Below, piece by piece: positions 24,101 through 34,369 of a stretch of 64,000 bases of DNA. The notes under the pieces are model-generated. The model was given only the letters and a program-made list of their open reading frames with translations, did not search any database and had not been told where the DNA came from. This DNA comes from Histomonas meleagridis 2922-C6/04-290x (Eukaryota; Protista; Parabasalia), in NCBI GenBank assembly GCA_020184695.1, contig JAANOX010000019.1, forward strand, positions 124,001-188,000, in the 5' to 3' direction. The position numbers and the translations under genes were made by a program. The stretch's first letter is position 1, and each line of letters starts with the position of its first letter.

Positions 24101-24545
24101 ACGAAATAATTTATTGACTAAAAGTGAACCACCAATTGAACCGATCATCGAATTAATTAAAGTATATAACGAAACATTCTTAACATATAAGAATGGTGAA
24201 ATTGCATCAAACGATAATCTTTGGGATATCTATTTGTCAATTGCTAAGAATAAGCCAAAAGTTTTACATCATCAAATGTATGAATCATTTAAAGAAATTG
24301 TCATAACAGAAGCTGCAAGTAAAGGTTCATCTTCAGCAAAGGCATTACAAGTGACAGTAAATGCATTAAATGCGGGTGTTCTCCCATTCGTAATTCTCTT
24401 CACAATCGATTTGGATAACTTCAATGGAAATAAAGTGCCTGCATATGTTGGTAACCCGTTGACATGCTTAAGAATTGCTCATGCACTATTACCATTGAAG
24501 CTGTTGAAGCTAAACGTAAATGTCCAACAGTTGAAGATGAAATAA
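21144..24545 (+). CDS. Large hypothetical protein with Pro/Gln-rich and Glu/Lys-rich repeat regions
   Basis: 1133-aa ORF; PPQ/PSP tract (about 21480-21770); KEEPNVEKKEDKA repeats (about 23130-23450); globular-looking C-terminus. Confidence 0.85.
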   Translation: MSKPKVKRQRIQRNTEQHVNPAPHAPPPMQSHVDVSQFEMQRNLIKQMRQSGQTDTADLLELQMELQIKQEEVKGLRLQGQKEAADQLNSHVEDLIQRITALQDRLQGFTAQPQPQSPPVQSPPQQQQQQAHTQPPPVQPASPPPPQIQPSSPPPPSPSPQPQYKPSPPPPPQHQPPSPQYQPPPPQHQSPQPQYQPPSPQHQPPPQSEVRKKKNIKSKQIGGGKKEAPVSPPPQQQKQVTGKQSTVAAGVISLLGQTPTTSAPSSNEIVESDDIPDIDIFDENGGLKTNELSSYSSSSLLLNTSVSGGYVSTAQLRPSFFGADDEKVPQYCHKNYDLSKLKRSEAVKIMGKYSTYEYAKYFGRKMEEIEERFEQEYKSMAKQDTPPMVIEEEEEKTQGRKDVEKIMVGLTGTMTDIAMNFMLTKCNFTKIPYKAPSFDFEKGGLNDIYTYSVDEASNYIMGKTNDDLTIKKMISDLEVTIGIQKENEEEEQIEVKEENETKEEEKEEKEVIQKEEKEVKEEKEVIKKEEKEEQKVEKEVKENIEKVENDEKEKQPKEETNKEEEKEETKEQPKEEKPSPQPKQNLKEIPISEMMKNLRTMVGMWATENAQKSTNEAEKPPTPEAKETKEEAKEEPNTEKKENETKEEANAEKKETETKEEPQAKEEPNFEKKEDKAKEEPNVEKKEDKAKEEPNVEKKEDKAKEEPNVEKKEDKANVEKKEEKAKEEPNVEKKEDKAKEEPNVEKKEEKAKEEPNFEKKEDKANVEKKEENDIQPKESNETEEDDEVALYKELFQDDDDINYPKEIARTYASMIGDTPSDKFVFDLSSHNSFKIIMMISSFFADGLKETPQKLFQEMNRILLDDENEKLIFKDFKLTVNPPKGKVTPVMIVVKTVIELLINGYCSELLRYFNNNESFKREYYYEDSPFMNNEVNESISEIINEIECHKFIGQFPYSELPITFQPIPSTQISKRFTNIINNYILISRNNLLTKSEPPIEPIIELIKVYNETFLTYKNGEIASNDNLWDIYLSIAKNKPKVLHHQMYESFKEIVITEAASKGSSSAKALQVTVNALNAGVLPFVILFTIDLDNFNGNKVPAYVGNPLTCLRIAHALLPLKLLKLNVNVQQLKMK
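23130..23455 (+). repeat. Coding minisatellite, 39-bp unit (KEEPNVEKKEDKA)
   Basis: Unit gcgaaagaagaaccaaatgttgagaagaaagaagacaaa, repeated with some truncated copies. Confidence 0.9.
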
Positions 24546-24886
24546 ATAAAAAAACAAATAATAGGAATTGTGACGTGAAAACACTTTCATCGTTCTAAAC
24601 CGACAAAACTTTTTGAACGCAAAGCGAATGACATTTTTATGGTGCCGACAATTTTATTTTCTCACAAATATCTTGAACAGGAAAAGGTTTTGGATGTTGA
24701 TTTAACAATTTAGCAAATTTAAACGCTTTAAACAATTTAGTTACTACGGAATAATGCTTTGGAGAAAAGTATAATATTTTTTCTTGGGAAAATTGGAAAA
24801 ATAATTTAATTTTATCTGTTTTTATTGAAACTTTTAAGATACATTAGGTGTCTAAAAAAATTCAGACATGAGTTTGAGGAATCTAA

Positions 24887-25414
24887 CTAAAACTGATTAA
24901 TAGTCATGAAATCAACAATATTTTCTGTTTTGATGAGCAAAGAGGACATGAGACAAGGAAATATTATAGCAGCAATCAACTTGGGGAATGAGTAAAGAAT
25001 AAATAAGCAAAGAGTGATGATGAGAAAACCTTTAGCTGGTGTCATATATGCTTTGATCCTGTGATATGTGAAAAATAATATCATTCCTAGTTTGAGAGAT
25101 TTGGAGTTTTTGTCAAAGGTCCATTTATTGTCAAAGCGCTTTTTAATAAATAATGGAAGACAATAAATAAATAAGGAAATGATACCAACACAAAAACCAC
25201 ATCCAACTGAAAGGGCAGACCATATGGCTGCTATTACCCAAAAATATGTTTTAATTGATTGAATATAATCAGACCAAAGGAAACCTCCAAAAAAATAAGC
25301 AATTTCAGGAATTTCTTCGAACATAGAAGAATATTGAGAAAGTATTTTGACTGTGTCATCATGTAATATCCAATTTGCACCTTGGAAAGAAATCTGAATT
25401 TGTTGCGGAGCCAT
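24887..25414 (-). CDS. Small membrane protein (about 175 aa)
   Basis: Hydrophobic ORF. The ATG at 25414 (MAPQQ) avoids overlap with the divergent gene at 25516. Confidence 0.6.
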   Translation of the reverse strand: MAPQQIQISFQGANWILHDDTVKILSQYSSMFEEIPEIAYFFGGFLWSDYIQSIKTYFWVIAAIWSALSVGCGFCVGIISLFIYCLPLFIKKRFDNKWTFDKNSKSLKLGMILFFTYHRIKAYMTPAKGFLIITLCLFILYSFPKLIAAIIFPCLMSSLLIKTENIVDFMTINQF

Positions 25415-25515
25415 TAGTTGACACTTTTCATACAAGGGCACCCCAGAAGATGAAAATCGAAAACGAATTTCAATTAATGACGTTATATAAATTATCAAAA
25501 AGTGGTTGATCCAAA

Positions 25516-26814
25516 ATGGAAACAGATCTAAATGAAGATCCATTCCATCAATGGGCCTTCAGTAACCAATGGATAACTCCATTTTTGAGTTTTGATTATT
25601 TCCAACAACCAAATTCGGAAGAAAGTCGTATATTAAATATCATTTCTTATATTGAAAAAATTTCTGACTTTTATGAGTACCAGATGAAAGCAACAGCACC
25701 TCAAAAGCCATGTTTTCAACCTTTTCCGATGTCAATGACATCATCCTCATTATATTTAGCAAACATTCATTTTTTTCTTCAGAAAAAGTTATACAAAGCT
25801 CGATGTAAGGCGTATGAATTAGCTATGAAACGCATATGTGATTTAGTTGATGTCCTTCATTTAGCACTTACTTCTAAAATTAAGATATTTATTATCATTG
25901 ATCTTCAAAAACTCTTTCATTCACTTTTATGCGACGACGAAAAGTGCGCAAGGATTTCAAGCAAAGATTCGGAAATTGTGAACCAAATCTCCAAAGAAGA
26001 TATCATTATATCTGATGTCAACAGCCAAAAAGCTATTTTGAACCAAGTCCTAACTGGGATGAGTTCTGTGTTCGACCGAAAGTCACTTATTGTTGCTGAT
26101 CATCCGATTGAAGAGAAGTTTTGTCAGCTAATTTTTAGCAACAATTTCCATTTCAGACAAGAAATTGATCAGCTTTTTTCAGGTTTTCATAGTCGCCATT
26201 CTTTTCGTGACCATTGTCTCTCTCTCATGCAACAGATCATCAACTTCTTCAACCTTAGGGATTCTGTGAGCGTTTCAACTTTTTCTTTTATTTACTTTCG
26301 AACGATTTTTTCACATGGCATTTCTCTAAATCCAGATTTTTTTTTCGAACAAACAGAATGTGCATTCCACCTTAAATCTGATCAAATCAAAATTAAACAG
26401 ACAGGGGTGCTAGAAGAGTTTTTACCTCAGCATGAAGAAAATGAATCAATTAAACAAATTGTAGCAAAAAACAAAGTACTTATGGAAGCTTCCCATGATA
26501 TTACATCACTTGGTTTTATGTCAAATCCTTTGGACGTGCTTGCGGGTGTAAATAATGTGCCTGTAAAAATACGTGAATTTGTTTCAGCCAAAGCAAAAAG
26601 TGAAGATGCACTTTCGTTTGATACTGTGTTCGGCCTGTTCATTGTGATTTTAGTAGCTAGTGATTTGCCTAATCAAGAAGAAGTTTTCAAGTTTGCGATA
26701 GATTTCACACCTGAAGAAGGACTCTCAGTTCCTCTTGAATATGCTAAGGCAACTGTTGTTGCGGCTATAATGCAATGTAATACTATATTGGAAAACCTGA
26801 AAAATCATACCTAA
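25516..26814 (+). CDS. Hypothetical protein with a VPS9-like C-terminal domain
   Basis: NPLDVL...LSFDTVFGLFIVILVASDLP...LEYAKATVVAAI resembles the VPS9 pattern; judged by eye. Confidence 0.55.
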   Translation: METDLNEDPFHQWAFSNQWITPFLSFDYFQQPNSEESRILNIISYIEKISDFYEYQMKATAPQKPCFQPFPMSMTSSSLYLANIHFFLQKKLYKARCKAYELAMKRICDLVDVLHLALTSKIKIFIIIDLQKLFHSLLCDDEKCARISSKDSEIVNQISKEDIIISDVNSQKAILNQVLTGMSSVFDRKSLIVADHPIEEKFCQLIFSNNFHFRQEIDQLFSGFHSRHSFRDHCLSLMQQIINFFNLRDSVSVSTFSFIYFRTIFSHGISLNPDFFFEQTECAFHLKSDQIKIKQTGVLEEFLPQHEENESIKQIVAKNKVLMEASHDITSLGFMSNPLDVLAGVNNVPVKIREFVSAKAKSEDALSFDTVFGLFIVILVASDLPNQEEVFKFAIDFTPEEGLSVPLEYAKATVVAAIMQCNTILENLKNHT

Positions 26815-26960
26815 TAAATGTGTTTTTGAAGTATCTCCCACTTGCTACTTTTGTGTGAAACAAAATCCCATATATTGAGTTCAAAGTAGAAATTCAAACA
26901 TTATAGAGATGATAAAGAAAGAAGACGGCTTAAAGATGGGTAAAAATTACCCTTATAACG

Positions 26961-27701
26961 ATGCCCGAGGTTCTTTTCGAGCCAAAATTCGATGAACCCG
27001 AGAAAATGCAGGCCTTTTTTGATGAGAAAGGGTTTGATGACTTTCTTCGATTTTCAGTATTCGAATCTTATTGTATAATCGAATTTCCAACCATCAATAG
27101 AGCAAATGATTTTGTCGATTTTTTTAACGGAAAAATATTTAATGAACAAAAAGTACAGGCTAGAATTCTTGAAGACATTCCCCCTCCAAGATCGCCAGCT
27201 CCAATTCATAATGATTATCCTACAAATAATTTCAGATCAAAAACAATTTTGATTGAAGGGTATCCTCCAGATTTTTCAACAGATCGAAATATGTATGAAG
27301 ATTTTCGACACTATGGCTTTATTCGACAAGTTGAATCACATGTCGATTATGGTTACATCTCTTTTGATACCATAAATGACGCAGAAAATGCTGTTCAACA
27401 AATGGATGGAGCAGTTGTGCATAATTCAAAAATAGCAGTTTCAATGATTCCAGATCGAATTCTAAATCGACCAAATATCTTAATTCCCTTAGCAATTGCA
27501 GAAAAAGAGGAACTATCTCCTGTAGCATTACGACCAAAAGATCCATATGTAGACAAAAAGAGAGATCGAATAAAACGTGAGTTTCCAAGAGATGATTCTT
27601 ACAGGCCCAGAAGTATTCCGACTGAAAGAGATCATTCATATGCTAAAAGGGGTCAATTTGATAAGGAGAGAGTTCGGGACTACGAGCGTGGTATTACATA
27701 A
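26961..27701 (+). CDS. Two-RRM RNA-binding protein with R/D-rich tail (SR-like)
   Basis: RNP1-like YCIIEF and YGYISFD motifs, RNP2-like TILIEGY, and an RD/RE-rich C-terminus. Confidence 0.8.
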   Translation: MPEVLFEPKFDEPEKMQAFFDEKGFDDFLRFSVFESYCIIEFPTINRANDFVDFFNGKIFNEQKVQARILEDIPPPRSPAPIHNDYPTNNFRSKTILIEGYPPDFSTDRNMYEDFRHYGFIRQVESHVDYGYISFDTINDAENAVQQMDGAVVHNSKIAVSMIPDRILNRPNILIPLAIAEKEELSPVALRPKDPYVDKKRDRIKREFPRDDSYRPRSIPTERDHSYAKRGQFDKERVRDYERGIT

Positions 27702-27914
27702 TTATGTTTAAATGTGTTCTTATTTAGTGATAGAAAATAAAATAAAGAATATGACTAACTATTTATTCAAATCCATTAGCATTCAAGTCTCCAAAAAAAA
27801 TTCATGGCTAGTTGTTTCTTTGACTCTATTGATCATCATTTTCAATCATTAATTTTTCCTTTTTCTTTATATATTTAAATATTATCAATAATAATATTTT
27901 TTATTAAACGAAGA

Positions 27915-27986
27915 GGGGCTGTAGCATAATGGCATTGCGTGAGACTCCAGATCTCAAGGTTGGGGGTTCGAGTCCCTTCGGCCTCA
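27915..27986 (+). tRNA. trnW: tRNA-Trp (CCA)
   Basis: Acceptor stem GGGGCTG/CGGCCTC; anticodon arm TGAGA-CTCCAGA-TCTCA; T-loop GGTTCGAGT; downstream T-run (Pol III terminator). Confidence 0.95.
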
Positions 27987-28285
27987 AATTTTTTTTTTCT
28001 TGTATTAATTCACGAATAAAAAGTCACTATAAATATAAAATATTTTTTGGTATTTTTCAGATAAAACTTTTGGAAAAAATTTCATAAATCAGCTATCGTC
28101 ATATATCATTTTTGTGTGAAGGTATCTCTTATTTTTATTTTGGAGATGGATTAAAGTGGTTGCAAAAGGAACCCCCAAACACTTCAGTTTTTGAATAATA
28201 ATCCGATTATTTTCTATTCATTCGATTCTGTCGTTTGGAAAGGTGACGTTTAGAATTTTTTTAAAGCGCCCTCGTAACTACCAGC

Positions 28286-29998
28286 ATGACAGAAAAAAGA
28301 GAAGATATTCAGGAAGAAAAATATGACGAAGGAGAGGAAGATGAACAAGAAAAAATGTTAGGAAAAAAATCAAATGATGATGAAATTAATAATATTGAAG
28401 GCAAAAAAGAAAATTGTGAAAAAGAAGAGGAAAACAAGGAAGAATCAAGTAATACAAAAGAAAACACAAGTGATAAAGAGAAATCTAGTGATACAGAAGA
28501 TGATAAAGAAGAAAATAGTTACACAGAAAGTACAGAATCAAATGACAAAGAGAAGTCCGATGACACAGAAGACAAAGAAGAAAATAGTGAAAAAGAAGAG
28601 GAAGATAATGAAGAACTCAGTAATTCAAAAGAAAGCTTAAGCGATAAAGAGAAATCTAGCGGAATAGAAGAAGATAATAAAGAAGAAAATAGTGACGAAG
28701 AAGACAATGAGAAATCTAGTGATAAAGAAGATAAAGAAGAAATGAGTGGTAAAGAAGAAAATAGTGATAAAGAAGAAGATAAAGAAGAAATGAGTGATAA
28801 AGAAGAAGACAAAGAAGAGAATAAAGAAGAAAATAGTGATAAAGAAGAAGATAAAGAAGAAATGAGTGATAAAGAAGAAGACAAAGAAGAGAATAAAGAA
28901 GAAAATAGTGATAAAGAAGAAGATAAAGAAGAAACAAGTGATAAAGAAAACAATGAGAAATCTAGTGATAAAGAAGATAAAGAAGAAATGAGTGATAAAG
29001 AAGAAGACACAGAAGAAACAAGTGACAAAGAAGAAGATAAAGAAGAAACAAGTGACAAAGAAGGCAAGGAAGAAAATAACGATAAAGAAGAAACTAGTGA
29101 TAAAGAAGACAAAGAAGAAAATAGTGATAAAGAAGACAAAGAAGAAAATAGTGATAAAGAAGACAAAGAAGAAATGAGTGATAAAGAGAAATCTAGTGAT
29201 AAAGAAGAAGACAAAGAAGAAACAAGTGACAAAGAAGAAGATAAAGAAGAAAATAGTGATAAAGAAGAAGACACAGAAGAAACAAGTGACAAAGAAGAAG
29301 ATAAAGAAGAAAATAGTGATAAAGAAGAAGACAAAGAAGAAACAAGTGACAAAGAAGAAGATAAAGAAGAAAATAGTGATAAAGAAGAAGACACAGAAGA
29401 AACAAGTGACAAAGAAGAAGATAAAGAAGAAAATAGTGATAAAGAAGAAGACAAAGAAGAAACAAGTGACAAAGAAGGCAAGGAAGAAAATAACGATAAA
29501 GAAGAAACTAGTGATAAAGAAGACAAAGAAGAAATGAGTGATAAAGAGAAATCTAGTGATAAAGAAGAAGACAAAGAAGAAAATAGTGATAAAGAGAAAT
29601 CTAGTGATAAAGAAGAAGACAAAGAAGAAACAAGTGACAAAGAAGGCAAGGAAGAAAATAACGATAAAGAAGAAACAAGTGATAAAGAAGACAAAGAAGA
29701 AATGAGTGATAAAGAGAAATCTAGTGATAAAGAAGAAGACAAAGAAGAAAATAGTGATAAAGAAGAAGACAAAGAAGAAATGAGTGATAAAAATGAAAAT
29801 AAAGATGAAGACAAAGACGAAACAAGTGATGACGAAGAAAGTGAAAGCGATGATAAAGATGAGCCTAAAAATATGACCAAGGAAACAAATGAAGAAAAAG
29901 AAGTTAAATCCATTTCGATTACTACAATAGCAGTTGTTACTTTCGGTCTGGTTGCTGCAGTTGCAGGATTTTTGATATACAGAAGAAGACGTAAATAA
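28286..29998 (+). CDS. Highly acidic repeat protein (E/D/K/S) with a single C-terminal TM and basic tail
   Basis: SDKEEDKEE-type repeats; C-terminus IAVVTFGLVAAVAGFLIY-RRRRK; no N-terminal signal peptide. Confidence 0.85.
   Translation: MTEKREDIQEEKYDEGEEDEQEKMLGKKSNDDEINNIEGKKENCEKEEENKEESSNTKENTSDKEKSSDTEDDKEENSYTESTESNDKEKSDDTEDKEENSEKEEEDNEELSNSKESLSDKEKSSGIEEDNKEENSDEEDNEKSSDKEDKEEMSGKEENSDKEEDKEEMSDKEEDKEENKEENSDKEEDKEEMSDKEEDKEENKEENSDKEEDKEETSDKENNEKSSDKEDKEEMSDKEEDTEETSDKEEDKEETSDKEGKEENNDKEETSDKEDKEENSDKEDKEENSDKEDKEEMSDKEKSSDKEEDKEETSDKEEDKEENSDKEEDTEETSDKEEDKEENSDKEEDKEETSDKEEDKEENSDKEEDTEETSDKEEDKEENSDKEEDKEETSDKEGKEENNDKEETSDKEDKEEMSDKEKSSDKEEDKEENSDKEKSSDKEEDKEETSDKEGKEENNDKEETSDKEDKEEMSDKEKSSDKEEDKEENSDKEEDKEEMSDKNENKDEDKDETSDDEESESDDKDEPKNMTKETNEEKEVKSISITTIAVVTFGLVAAVAGFLIYRRRRK
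28690..29830 (+). repeat. Coding minisatellite of mixed 24-30 bp units
   Basis: agtgataaagaagaagacaaagaagaa(aat/aca/atg) variants in higher-order blocks. Confidence 0.9.
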
Positions 29999-30110
29999 AT
30001 ACACTAAACAAAAAAGACGTAAATAAATACACTAAATACACACACACAAAAACATATCATATTAATTGAACAATTTTGATTTCTTTAACAAAATATGTGT
30101 TTTGAGTTCT

Positions 30111-31282
30111 TTATTTAGCTCTTAATTCAGTAACTGCTTTGATTAATGCATTAGTACCTGCTTCAAGCATTGGCTTTGGAACACTAAAGAGTACCCTAAA
30201 CAAACCAGGAACATTTCCATGGAAACCCGAAGCAACAGGAAGTATATGAAGTTTATATTCATCCATTAACTTATTCCAGATTTCCAATTCTTGTTCAATA
30301 CTTTTTCCAGCAATATCAGTGAGATCCACAACAACGAAAAGAGAGTTGTCGCAATCTTTATACTTAATCCCAGCATCGTCAAGTCTTTTTGTAAAGTAAT
30401 TGTAGGCTTCGATAAGCCTTTCTTGAAATGTTTTAATGAGATTATCACGGATTGACATTGTGCCTATCACCTTAGTAATAAAGAAAAGAGTATCACTACT
30501 GAGGTGGTAGCAACCTTTAGCAAGTTTCATATAGCGAAGGAGTTCCTCATTTCGAGTCCAGAAAACACCAACTTCAAGTCCTGCCATTCCCCAATCCTTA
30601 CTTACTCCATAGAAAAGATGAACACGGTCAGGAAGTGCATCAGGACGCGCTGCAATTGAAGTAAACTCAACACCCTTTCGATTTGATAATGCATATACTT
30701 CATCTGTAACAATATGAAGATTAGGATTTGATAAGCCCATTTAAGGAGATGACCTTGGTTAGAAATGATATCACCATAAGGATTTCCAGGATTTGTTAAT
30801 AATAATAACTTAGCATTTTCGGGTGGTTTCTCAGGAAGATGATCTAAGTCTATATAGACAATTTTAGCACGTGATGTTTGCATGTCTGGTTCAAAACATC
30901 CATAACATGGGGAAGGTATAAGAACGACATCACCAGGCTCACATAGTACAAGAGCTATTTTTTCAACAAGAGAAGAAATACCACTTCCATCAGTCATTTG
31001 GTCTGCTCGAGCATCTTTTAACCCAAAATAATCGCGGAATAAAGCTGCAAATGCTTCATACATAGGAGTAGGATTGAATGAAAAAGTATATGAAAAATGT
31101 GTTACATCTTCATCTTTCCTTTCTTTGATAAGAGGATTTAATATATCATCAATCAATCTATTTTCGGCTGTTCCAAGATTGATTATATCTGGGTTTGCAA
31201 TGCATTTTTGAAAGCCTGTCGCAAGAGCTGCCTTTGGAGCTTGTTCCAAATTTTTAATATATTCTGTTTTTCTCAACGACAT
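30111..31282 (-). CDS. PLP-dependent class I/II aminotransferase, ACC-synthase-like, split by a 1-nt frameshift near 30733
   Basis: INLGTAENRL, LLTNPGNPYG, HIVTDEVY, YGVSKDWGMAG and PGLFRV motifs. Adding one T in TGGGCTTATCA joins the two ORFs (KWALSNPNLH). The ATG at 31282 follows TCAC Inr-like motifs. Confidence 0.85.
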
Positions 31283-32537
31283 GAAAAGTGTGAAGTGAAA
31301 ACTGCCGAAAATCAATTTTGGCGGTTTGAGGTACAATTTCAATCGAAGACGATCATGAAATTATCGATCACTTCACTTTTGCACGGGAGATAATTGCAAT
31401 AAATAAAAGCTAATATACAGCGAATAACGACTACTCCTGTATTAGAAAGCATTAAATAGTGATTTACATGAAAATATGGAAAATGAAACATGTCGAAAAC
31501 AATGTTTATACACTAATTTTAAAAATAATAAACATCATATTATTTGCTCAAAATAACCAATATGGCTTTGATCAAGTTGAAAAGGAGCCTTTTATTTCAT
31601 TTGTTAATTGGGTAACATAATCCAAAAAGTTGTATAGATGCTTTTGAAGCCGAAGATAAGACTCAACATCCTCTAGAAATAATAGGTGATAGTGATATAT
31701 AACCTCAACTTAATACAAGATAATTATCAAAATTATATTTCACAAGTTAATGAAATAAAGTATTAGGCCTAACACTAAATCACCTAATAATGTTGCTTCT
31801 GCTTTAGTATCCTTCGGTAAACTTAATGTTTCTCGAACAATGAGATACAATTCGTCGACTTAAACCATGTAATAACTTCCCATTCCATTTACAAGTCATT
31901 CCTACGCATAGCCATCGTTATGAGATGAAGATAGCAGGGTATATAATGGTTATGACCAAGAAGATGAAATATTATCAACAACAATTAATGAAACTTTGTT
32001 ACATTTCAGGAATTCCTTAGCGGCTTTGAGTGGGTCACTAATCTTACCACACATTGTAGTTAATCTGGCGGACTTGATATTCGCAATAATCGAAATTGCC
32101 AAACCTCATTTTATTTCTACTTTAGTCATGAAGTAAAGTTTCATGTTGCACCATTATTACCATCCAATCCGGGTCACAACAAGTCTTAAAGAAGCGACAA
32201 ACTGTTTGCATTTAAAATCCGTGGATAAACGATAGATAAATTGAATGATTAGGAAACTGTTTTACACAGAAAAAAACTATCGTCGTTTTGAAATTCCTAT
32301 CATTGGAAATGATGACATTCCATTCTACAAATATCAAAAAATCATGTAACCCAAATTATTATAAAAAATCCAGCATGATCTTTGTAATGTTTTCCCAATA
32401 ATTTTTTGTTTAAGTTTTTCTTATAATGTACTTTATAATATTATTGTATTGCTGTATTTACATTTTGCTTTGTGATTATATTTGTTAGTAGGTAAATTTA
32501 CCAACAAATTTGTTATGTATATTGATTTTGATGATTT

Positions 32538-32783
32538 TCATATGTTTGGGCTTATATCAACTTTTATTTTGATATTTTTCTTTCTATTGTTTTTTGCGTG
32601 CATTTGATCTTTGAGTTGATTTTGATTATTTGCAATATATGCTTCATTTCCATTTCTTATTAAAAATGAAGATTTGGTGTTTATAGAAGAAGGTTCTGTA
32701 TTAGAATTTTCGTTTGTACTTTTTTCAAGAAGTAAATTTACTATTTCCATGTAACCTTTTTGCTGTGCAATTTTAAGTGCTGT
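32538..32783 (-). pseudogene. Orphan terminal ankyrin-repeat cassette (TALKIAQQKGYMEIVNLLLEK...)
   Basis: Single ankyrin unit of the same type as those at 43.7-47.7 kb, with no upstream gene body and no ATG before the repeat. Confidence 0.7.
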
Positions 32784-32949
32784 TTCAAATTATTAAAACA
32801 TATATAAAATTATTTTCTTGCGTGCGTGTTTGCCATGTTTTTAGAATTTTTGGTGGGAATAAAAGTGTTTAAAGAAATGTACCAAGTATTTCAGTCAACA
32901 CTATTTCTCGAAGCAAAATTTTGATTTTCACATAGCATTTCTGTCCTAA

Positions 32950-33324
32950 ATGGCCCAAATCGAAGTTCTTGCTGCAGACCAAGAAAAGATAAATAGATTT
33001 GGAAATCTAAATTCTCAATGCATCGCTTTAAAAATGGAGCTTGAAGCGCTCGAAAAGAAAAAAGAATCTTACCAAAATTCTAATGATGATCTTGAAGAAG
33101 CCCAAATGATGGAAACATTCGATAAAGCTCCATACCAAGTTGGAAATGCATTCGTCGTACTTCCGATTGATACAGCTATTGAAGAAATTGAACACGATAA
33201 AGGATTAATTGAACAAAAGATAGCACAAATAAAAGGGCAAATTGATGAAAGAGAGTCAGAAATGAGCACTCTTCGTACAGCCCTTTATGCTAAATTCGGT
33301 CGTGAAAACATTAATTTAGGATAA
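32950..33324 (+). CDS. PFDN4: Prefoldin subunit 4
   Basis: EVLAADQEKINRFGNL...PYQVGNAFV...LYAKFGRENINL. Confidence 0.9.
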   Translation: MAQIEVLAADQEKINRFGNLNSQCIALKMELEALEKKKESYQNSNDDLEEAQMMETFDKAPYQVGNAFVVLPIDTAIEEIEHDKGLIEQKIAQIKGQIDERESEMSTLRTALYAKFGRENINLG

Positions 33325-34369
33325 ACGAGGTATCATTATAATATTTTATAATTTCTTTTTTATATTAACTTTAAAATCTTTATCGGTTTTGGTAGAAATA
33401 AGTTCTTTGGAATTACATGTAATCTAATTTTTTTTATAATATTATCTAAATTCAGTAAATAATTTAACTGCTTCGACATAAAGCAAATAAAAATTACCTA
33501 GAACATTTGTTCATTAATGATATTCTAGGGATGAAATATATTTCATTCAATTTATAAAACTTCACTTGTTCAGATTCGATTTAATGATAAATGTACTATA
33601 AACATACTGTTATTAGTAGTAGAAATTTTTCGGTATTTGTACATTTGAATAAAATTTTTTATTTTGAAAGATTCATCACAGAAATTAAGAACACTCTATT
33701 TATACACTTTCATCGCTAACTAAAACAAAAAAGGGCAAACACAAATAATCTCCTAATAAAATGGGTAATCTGCAGATTACAGAAAAGTGACAAAGCATGG
33801 AACCGATCAAAAGCGTTTGCCTGAGTTATCAGTCAAAAAAAGTTTCTTTTTTATCAATAGATTAAATCAAATCAACATTCTCCCTTTGAATTTGAATATG
33901 AATATGTGCGGATTCAAGAAGAATCAAGTTATGTTAGTGATAATTTTTTAAATTTTGGCAATTTATGTATAAATTAAAATTTGTAATGGAAATCATATTG
34001 CTTTCTGTTTTCTTTGTTGTCATATAAGCATTGGAAAAGTTTTCAAAAATATTATAAATTTTCAAAATCAGAAAAATTCAAATTTTTGACAATAAAATTG
34101 CTTGCTTTGGTTGTTGGTTTTATTTCATATTTTTGTAGCCGATTTTTTTATTTATCTTGAAATTCTTATTTTACTTTACTTTCCAATAAAAGTGCTAACT
34201 ATTGTTGCTTTACAAATTTGTGAAGAAAAGCCGCTGACTTAACATTATCGTACAAAATCGGTTAATTAAAATCTATCGGAGAAATGCTTCTTCTCAAAAT
34301 CGATTTGAATTCAGAATTTAATTGAAAATTTAAATGCAAAGTAAAAGAGAATTTCTGACAGGATAAAAA

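Noticed and set aside
27915-27986. Possible UGA-reading tRNA-Trp or a variant genetic code
   Set aside because: The anticodon stem has the normal 5 bp. Conserved genes end at TAA/TAG where expected and contain no internal stops.
28374-30004. Long Ser/Leu-rich and Phe-rich antisense ORFs and Lys-rich alternative frames
   Set aside because: Stop-free frames produced by the GAA/AAA-rich minisatellite; the same applies at 22572-23586.
29986-30036. 23-bp direct repeat spanning the stop codon of the acidic protein gene
   Set aside because: Looks like a local slippage duplication in the 3' UTR; no sign of function.
31920-32140. About 70 open codons on the + strand without a start
   Set aside because: No ATG and no recognisable motif; it may be a relic or an antisense shadow, and cannot be supported.
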